Shown here in pieces: positions 55,601 to 64,000 of a DNA stretch of 64,000 nt. Location of the stretch: positions 353,400,001 to 353,464,000 of the forward strand of contig OZ024741.1 of NCBI GenBank assembly GCA_964016885.1, given 5' to 3'. The stretch is from Eledone cirrhosa. Taxonomy: Eukaryota. The notes under the pieces are model-generated. The model worked only from the letters and a program-made list of their open reading frames with translations, searched no databases and had not been told where the DNA came from. The translations under genes and the position numbers were made by a program. Within the stretch, counting starts at the first letter, position 1; every line of letters starts with the position of its first letter.

Positions 55601-58600
55601 CATACTGTGTATAGTGCATACGGTGTATAGTGCATACTGTGTATAGTGCATACTGGGTATAGTGCATACGGTGTATAGTGCATACGGTGTATAGTGCATA
55701 CTGTGTATAGTGCATACTGTGTATAGTGCATAATGTGTATAGTGAATACTGTGTATAGTGCATACTGTGTATAGTGCATACTGTGTATAGTATTTACTGT
55801 GTATAGTGCATACTGTGTATAGTATTTACTGTGTATAGTGCATACTGTGTATAGTATTTACTGTGTATAGTGCATACTGTGTATAGTGCATACTGTGTAT
55901 AGTGCATACTGTGTATAGTATTTACTGTGTATAGTGCATACTGTGTATAGTATTTACTGTGTATAGTGCATACTGTGTATAGTGCATACTGTGTATAGTG
56001 CATAATGTGTATAGTGCATACTGTGTATAGTGCATACTGTGTATAGTGCATACTGTGTATAGTATTTACTGTGTATAGTGCATACTGTGTATAGTATTTA
56101 CTGTGTATAGTGCATACTGTGTATAGTGCATAATGTGTATAGTGCATAATGTGTATAGTGCATACTGTGTATAGTGCATACTGTGTATAGTGCATACTGT
56201 GTATAGTGCATAATGTGTATAGTGCATACTGTGTATAGTGCATACTGTGTATAGTGCATACTGTGTATAGTGCATACTGTGTATAGTATTTACTGTGTAT
56301 AGTGCATACTGTGTATAGTATTTACTGTGTATAGTGCATACTGTGTATAGTATTTACTGTGTATAGTATTTACTGTGTATAGTGTATAGTGCATATTGTG
56401 TATAGTGCATAATGTGTATAGTGCATACTGTGTATAGTGCATACTGTGTATAGTGCATACTGTGTATAGTGCATACTGTGTATAGTATTTACTGTGTATA
56501 GTATTTACTGTGTATAGTGCATACTGTGTATAGTATTTACTGTGTATACTGCATACTGTGTATAGTATTTACTGTGTATAGTGCATACTGTGTATAGTGC
56601 ATACTGTGTATAGTATTTACTGTGTATAGTGCATACTGTGTATAGTGCATACTGTGTATAGTGCATACTGTGTATAGTGCATACTGTGTATAGTGCATAC
56701 TGTGTATAGTGCATACTGTGTATAGTATTTACGGTGTATAGTGCATAATGTGTATAGTGCATACTGTGTATAGTGCATACTGTGTATAGTGCATACTGTG
56801 TATAGTGCATACTGTGTATAGTGCATACTGTGTATAGTATTTACTGTGTATAGTGCATACTGTGTATAGTATTTACTGTGTATAGTGCATACTGTGTATA
56901 GTATTTACTGTGTATAGTGCATACTGTGTATAGTATTTACTGTGTATAGTGCATACCGTGTATAGTATTTACTGTGTATAGTGCATAGTGTGTATAGTAT
57001 TTACTGTGTATAGTGCATACTGTGTATAGTGCATAATGTGTATAGTGCATACTGTGTATAGTGCATACTGTGTATAGTGCATACTGTGTATAGTGCATAC
57101 TGTGTATAGTAATTACTGTGTATAGTGCATACTGTGTATAGTGCATACTGTGTATAGTGCATACTGTGTATAGTGCATAATGTGTATAGTGCATACTGTG
57201 TATAGTGCATACTGTGTATAGTGCATACTGTGTATAGTATTTACTGTGTATAGTGCATACTGTGTATAGTACATACTGTGTATAGAGCATACTGTGTATA
57301 GTATTTACTGTGTATAGTGCATACTGTGTATAGTATTTACTGTGTATAGTGCATACTGTGTATAGTATTTACTGCGTATAGTGCATACTGTGTATAGTAT
57401 TTGCTGTGTATAGTGCATACTGTGTATAGTATTTACTGTGTATAGTGCATACTGTGTATAGTATTTACTGTGTATAGTGCATACTGTGTATAGTATTTAC
57501 TGTGTATAGTGCATACTGTGTATAGTATTTACTGTGTATAGTGCATACTGTGTATAGTGCATACTGTGTATAGTGCATACTGTGTATAGTGCATACTGTG
57601 TATAGTATTTACTGTGTATAGTGCATACTGTGTATAGTATTTACTGTGTATAGTGCATACTGTGTATAGTATTTACTGTGTATAGTGCATACTGTGTATA
57701 GTATTTACTGTGTATAGTGCATACTGTGTATAGTGTATACTGTGTATAGTGCATAATGTGTATAGTGCATACTGTGTATAGTGCATACTGTGTATAGTGC
57801 ATACTGTGTATAGTGCATACTGTGTATAGTATTTACTGTGTATAGTGCATACTGTGTATAGTATTTACTGTGTATAGTGCATACTGTGTATAGTATTTAC
57901 TGTGTATAGTGCATACTGTGTATAGTGCATACTGTGTATAGTGCATACTGTGTATAGTATTTACTGTGTATAGTGCATACTGTGTATAGTATTTACTGTG
58001 TATAGTGCATACTGTGTATAGTATTTACTGTGTATAGTGCATACTGTGTATAGTGCATACTGTGTATAGTGCATACTGTGTATAGTATTACTGTGTATAG
58101 TGCATACTGTGTATAGTATTTACTGTGTATAGTGCATACTGTGTATAGTATTTACTGTGTATAGTGCATACTGTTTATAGTGCATACTGTGTATAGTGCA
58201 TACTGTGTATAGTATTTACTGTGTATAGTGCATACTATGTATAGTGCATACTGTGTATAGTATTTACTGTGTATAGTGCATACTGTGTATAGTATTTACT
58301 GTGTATAGTGCATACTGTGTATAGTATTTACGGTGTATAGTGCATACTGTGTATAGTATTTACTGTGTATAGTGCATACTGTGTATAGTATTTACTGTGT
58401 ATAGTGCATACTGTGTATAGTATTTACTGTGTATAGTGCATACTGTGTATAGTATTTACTGTGTATAGTGCATACTGTGTATAGTGCATACTGTGTATAG
58501 TATTTACTGTGTATAGTGCATACTGTGTATAGTATTTACTGTGTATAGTGCATACTGTGTATAGTATTTACTGTGTATAGTGCATACTGTGTATAGTATT

Positions 58601-61600
58601 TACTGTGTATAGTGCATACTGTGTATAGTGCATACTGTGTATAGTGCATACTGTGTATAGTGCATACTGTGTATAGTATTTACTGTGTATAGTGCATACT
58701 GTGTATAGTGCATACTGTGTATAGTGCATACTGTGTATAGTGCATACTGTGTATAGTATTTACTGTGTATAGTGCATACTGTGTATAGTGCATACTGTGT
58801 ATAGTGCATACTGTGTATAGTATTTACTGTGTATAGTGCATACTGTGTATAGTGCATACTGTGTATAGTGCATACTGTGTATAGTATTTACTGTGTATAG
58901 TGCATACTGTGTATAGTATTTACTGTGTATAGTGCATACTGTGTATAGTGCATACTGTGTATAGTGCATACTGTGTATAGTATTTACTGTGTATAGTGCA
59001 TACTGTGTATAGTGCATAATGTGTATAGTGCATACTGTGTATAGTATTTACTGTGTATAGTGCATACTGTGTATAGTACATACTGTGTATAGTGCATACT
59101 GTGTATAGTATTTACTGTGTATAGTGCATACTGTGTATAGTGCATAATGTGTATAGTGCATACTGTGTATAGTATTTACTGTGTATAGTGCATACTGTGT
59201 ATAGTGCATACTGTGTATAGTGCATAATGTGTATAGTGCATACTGTGTATAGTGCATACTGTGTATAGTGCATAATGTGTATAGTGCATACTGTGTATAG
59301 TGCATAATGTGTATAGTGCATACTGTGTATAGTGCATACTGTGTATAGTGCATACTGTGTATAGTGCATAATGTGTATAGTGCATAATGTGTATAGTGCA
59401 TACTGTGTATAGTGCATACTGTGTATCGTATTTACTGTGTATAGTGCATACTGTGTATAGTGCATAATGTGTATAGTGCATACTGTGTATAGTGCATAAT
59501 GTGTATAGTGCATACTGTGTATAATGCATACTGTGTATCGTATTTACTGTGTATAGTGCATACTGTGTATAGTATTTACTGTGTATAGTGCATACTGTGT
59601 ATAGTATTTACTGTGTATAGTATTTACTGTGTGTAGTGCATACTGTGTATAGTGCATACTGTGTATAGTGCATACTGTGTATAGTGCATAATGTGTATAG
59701 TGCATACTGTGTATAGTATTTACTGTGTATAGTGCATACTGTGTATAGTATTTACTGTGTATAGTATTTACTATGTATAGTGCATACTGTGTATAGTGCA
59801 TACTGTGTATAGTGCATACTGTGTATAGTGCATACTGTGTATAGTGCATACTGTGTATAGTGCATACTGTGTATAGTATTTACTGTGTATAGTGCATACT
59901 GTGTATAGTATTTACTGTGTATAGTGCATACTGTGTATAGTGCATACTGTGTATAGTGCATACTGTGTATAGTGCATACTGTGTATAGTATTTACTGTGT
60001 ATAGTGCATACTGTGTATAATATTTACTGTGTATAGTATTTACTGTGTATAGTGCATACTGTGTAAAGTGCATACTGTGTATAGTGCAGAATGTGTTATA
60101 GTGCATACTGTGTATAGTGCATACTGTGTATAGTGCATACTGTGTATAGTATTTACTGTGTATAGTGCATACTGTGTATAGTATTTACTGTGTATAGTGC
60201 ATACTGTGTATAGTATTTACTGTGTATAGTGCATACTGTGTATAGTGCATACTGTGTATAGTATTTACTGTGTATAGTGCATACTGTGTATAGTGCATAC
60301 GGTGTATAGTGCATACTGTGTATAGTGCATACTGGGTATAGTGCATACGGTGTATAGTGCATACGGTGTATAGTGCATACTGTGTATAGTGCATACTGTG
60401 TATAGTGCATAATGTGTATAGTGAATACTGTGTATAGTGCATACTGTGTATAGTGCATACTGTGTATAGTATTTACTGTGTATAGTGCATACTGTGTATA
60501 GTATTTACTGTGTATAGTGCATACTGTGTATAGTATTTACTGTGTATAGTGCATACTGTGTATAGTGCATACTGTGTATAGTGCATACTGTGTATAGTAT
60601 TTACTGTGTATAGTGCATACTGTGTATAGTATTTACTGTGTATAGTGCATACTGTGTATAGTGCATACTGTGTATAGTGCATAATGTGTATAGTGCATAC
60701 TGTGTATAGTGCATACTGTGTATAGTGCATACTGTGTATAGTATTTACTGTGTATAGTGCATACTGTGTATAGTATTTACTGTGTATAGTGCATACTGTG
60801 TATAGTGCATAATGTGTATAGTGCATAATGTGTATAGTGCATACTGTGTATAGTGCATACTGTGTATAGTGCATACTGTGTATAGTGCATAATGTGTATA
60901 GTGCATACTGTGTATAGTGCATACTGTGTATAGTGCATACTGTGTATAGTGCATACTGTGTATAGTATTTACTGTGTATAGTGCATACTGTGTATAGTAT
61001 TTACTGTGTATAGTGCATACTGTGTATAGTATTTACTGTGTATAGTATTTACTGTGTATAGTGTATAGTGCATATTGTGTATAGTGCATAATGTGTATAG
61101 TGCATACTGTGTATAGTGCATACTGTGTATAGTGCATACTGTGTATAGTGCATACTGTGTATAGTATTTACTGTGTATAGTATTTACTGTGTATAGTGCA
61201 TACTGTGTATAGTATTTACTGTGTATACTGCATACTGTGTATAGTATTTACTGTGTATAGTGCATACTGTGTATAGTATTTACTGTGTATAGTGCATACT
61301 GTGTATAGTATTTACTGTGTATAGTGCATACTGTGTATAGTGCATACTGTGTATAGTGCATAATGTGTATAGTGCATACTGTGTATAGTGCATACTGTGT
61401 ATAGTATTTACGGTGTATAGTGCATAATGTGTATAGTGCATACTGTGTATAGTGCATACTGTGTATAGTGCATACTGTGTATAGTGCATACTGTGTATAG
61501 TGCATACTGTGTATAGTATTTACTGTGTATAGTGCATACTGTGTATAGTATTTACTGTGTATAGTGCATACTGTGTATAGTATTTACTGTGTATAGTGCA

Positions 61601-64000
61601 TACTGTGTATAGTATTTACTGTGTATAGTGCATACCGTGTATAGTATTTACTGTGTATAGTGCATACTGTGTATAGTGCATACGGTGTATAGTGCATACT
61701 GTGTATAGTGCATACTGGGTATAGTGCATACGGTGTATAGTGCATACGGTGTATAGTGCATACTGTGTATAGTGCATACTGTGTATAGTGCATAATGTGT
61801 ATAGTGAATACTGTGTATAGTGCATACTGTGTATAGTGCATACTGTGTATAGTATTTACTGTGTATAGTGCATACTGTGTATAGTATTTACTGTGTATAG
61901 TGCATACTGTGTATAGTATTTACTGTGTATAGTGCATACTGTGTATAGTGCATACTGTGTATAGTGCATAGTGTGTATAGTATTTACTGTGTATAGTGCA
62001 TACTGTGTATAGTATTTACTGTGTATAGTGCATACTGTGTATAGTGCATACTGTGTATAGTGCATAATGTGTATAGTGCATACTGTGTATAGTGCATACT
62101 GTGTATAGTGCATACTGTGTATAGTATTTACTGTGTATAGTGCATACTGTGTATAGTATTTACTGTGTATAGTGCATACTGTGTATAGTGCATAATGTGT
62201 ATAGTGCATAATGTGTATAGTGCATACTGTGTATAGTGCATACTGTGTATAGTGCATACTGTGTATAGTGCATAATGTGTATAGTGCATACTGTGTATAG
62301 TGCATACTGTGTATAGTGCATACTGTGTATAGTGCATACTGTGTATAGTATTTACTGTGTATAGTGCATACTGTGTATAGTATTTACTGTGTATAGTGCA
62401 TACTGTGTATAGTATTTACTGTGTATAGTATTTACTGTGTATAGTGTATAGTGCATATTGTGTATAGTGCATAATGTGTATAGTGCATACTGTGTATAGT
62501 GCATACTGTGTATAGTGCATACTGTGTATAGTGCATACTGTGTATAGTGCATACTGTGTATAGTATTTACGGTGTATAGTGCATAATGTGTATAGTGCAT
62601 ACTGTGTATAGTGCATACTGTGTATAGTGCATACTGTGTATAGTGCATACTGTGTATAGTGCATACTGTGTATAGTATTTACTGTGTATAGTGCATACTG
62701 TGTATAGTATTTACTGTGTATAGTGCATACTGTGTATAGTATTTACTGTGTATAGTGCATACTGTGTATAGTATTTACTGTGTATAGTGCATACCGTGTA
62801 TAGTATTTACTGTGTATAGTGCATAGTGTGTATAGTATTTACTGTGTATAGTGCATACTGTGTATAGTGCATAATGTGTATAGTGCATACTGTGTATAGT
62901 GCATACTGTGTATACTGCATACTGTGTATAGTGCATACTGTGTATAGTAATTACTGTGTATAGTGCATACTGTGTATAGTGCATACTGTGTATAGTGCAT
63001 ACTGTGTATAGTGCATAATGTGTATAGTGCATACTGTGTATAGTGCATACTGTGTATAGTGCATACTGTGTATAGTATTTACTGTGTATAGTGCATACTG
63101 TGTATAGTACATACTGTGTATAGAGCATGCTGTGTATAGTATTTACTGTGTATAGTGCATACTGTGTATAGTATTTACTGTGTATAGTGCATACTGTGTA
63201 TAGTATTTACTGCGTATAGTGCATACTGTGTATAGTATTTGCTGTGTATAGTGCATACTGTGTATAGTATTTACTGTGTATAGTGCATACTGTGTATAGT
63301 ATTTACTGTGTATAGTGCATACTGTGTATAGTATTTACTGTGTATAGTGCATACTGTGTATAGTATTTACTGTGTATAGTGCATACTGTGTATAGTGCAT
63401 ACTGTGTATAGTGCATACTGTGTATAGTGCATACTGTGTATAGTATTTACTGTGTATAGTGCATACTGTGTATAGTATTTACTGTGTATAGTGCATACTG
63501 TGTATAGTATTTACTGTGTATAGTGCATACTGTGTATAGTATTTACTGTGTATAGTGCATACTGTGTATAGTGTATACTGTGTATAGTGCATAATGTGTA
63601 TAGTGCATACTGTGTATAGTGCATACTGTGTATAGTGCATACTGTGTATAGTGCATACTGTGTATAGTATTTACTGTGTATAGTGCATACTGTGTATAGT
63701 ATTTACTGTGTATAGTGCATACTGTGTATAGTATTTACTGTGTATAGTGCATACTGTGTATAGTGCATACTGTGTATAGTGCATACTGTGTATAGTATTT
63801 ACTGTGTATAGTGCATACTGTGTATAGTATTTACTGTGTATAGTGCATACTGTGTATAGTATTTACTGTGTATAGTGCATACTGTGTATAGTGCATACTG
63901 TGTATAGTGCATACTGTGTATAGTATTTACTGTGTATAGTGCATACTGTGTATAGTATTTACTGTGTATAGTGCATACTGTGTATAGTATTTACTGTGTA
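46620..64000. repeat. 16-bp satellite array, >17 kb, consensus TGTGTATAGTGCATAC with major variant TGTGTATAGTATTTAC
   Basis: Direct reading. It runs off the window end and explains all MHYTQYALYTVCTIHS ORFs. Confidence 0.98.

Noticed and set aside
46611-63128. Repetitive MHYTQYALYTVCTIHS proteins
   Set aside because: Reading of a 16-bp satellite in all three frames; no coding signal.

Overview
AT-rich, repeat-dominated animal genomic DNA. The (TA)n/(CA)n density and tRNA-derived SINEs with a Deu/Nin-type core suggest a mollusc, probably an octopus (inference). About 30 kb is two satellites: a 19-bp unit at 13.6-26.1 kb and a 16-bp unit from 46.6 kb to the window end, both with higher-order structure. 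The only long real ORF is a 5'-truncated Penelope-like retroelement (PLE; RT + GIY-YIG, minus strand) carrying a hammerhead ribozyme and an inverted terminal copy. A second PLE endonuclease remnant, a non-autonomous Helitron, many SINEs and one convincing host exon (TMEM196/MS4A-like) are also present. The most interesting signal is about ten fold-back (palindromic) inserts from several unrelated sequence families. All sit in (TA)n tracts and most share the layout inverted arm + arm + unpaired tail. Many carry type I hammerhead-like motifs, including compensated U3-A8 cores, and in one family the fold-back centre falls on the presumed ribozyme stem II. Nearly all other ORFs in the track are microsatellite or satellite artefacts. 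Coordinates were read by eye and may be off by a few bases.
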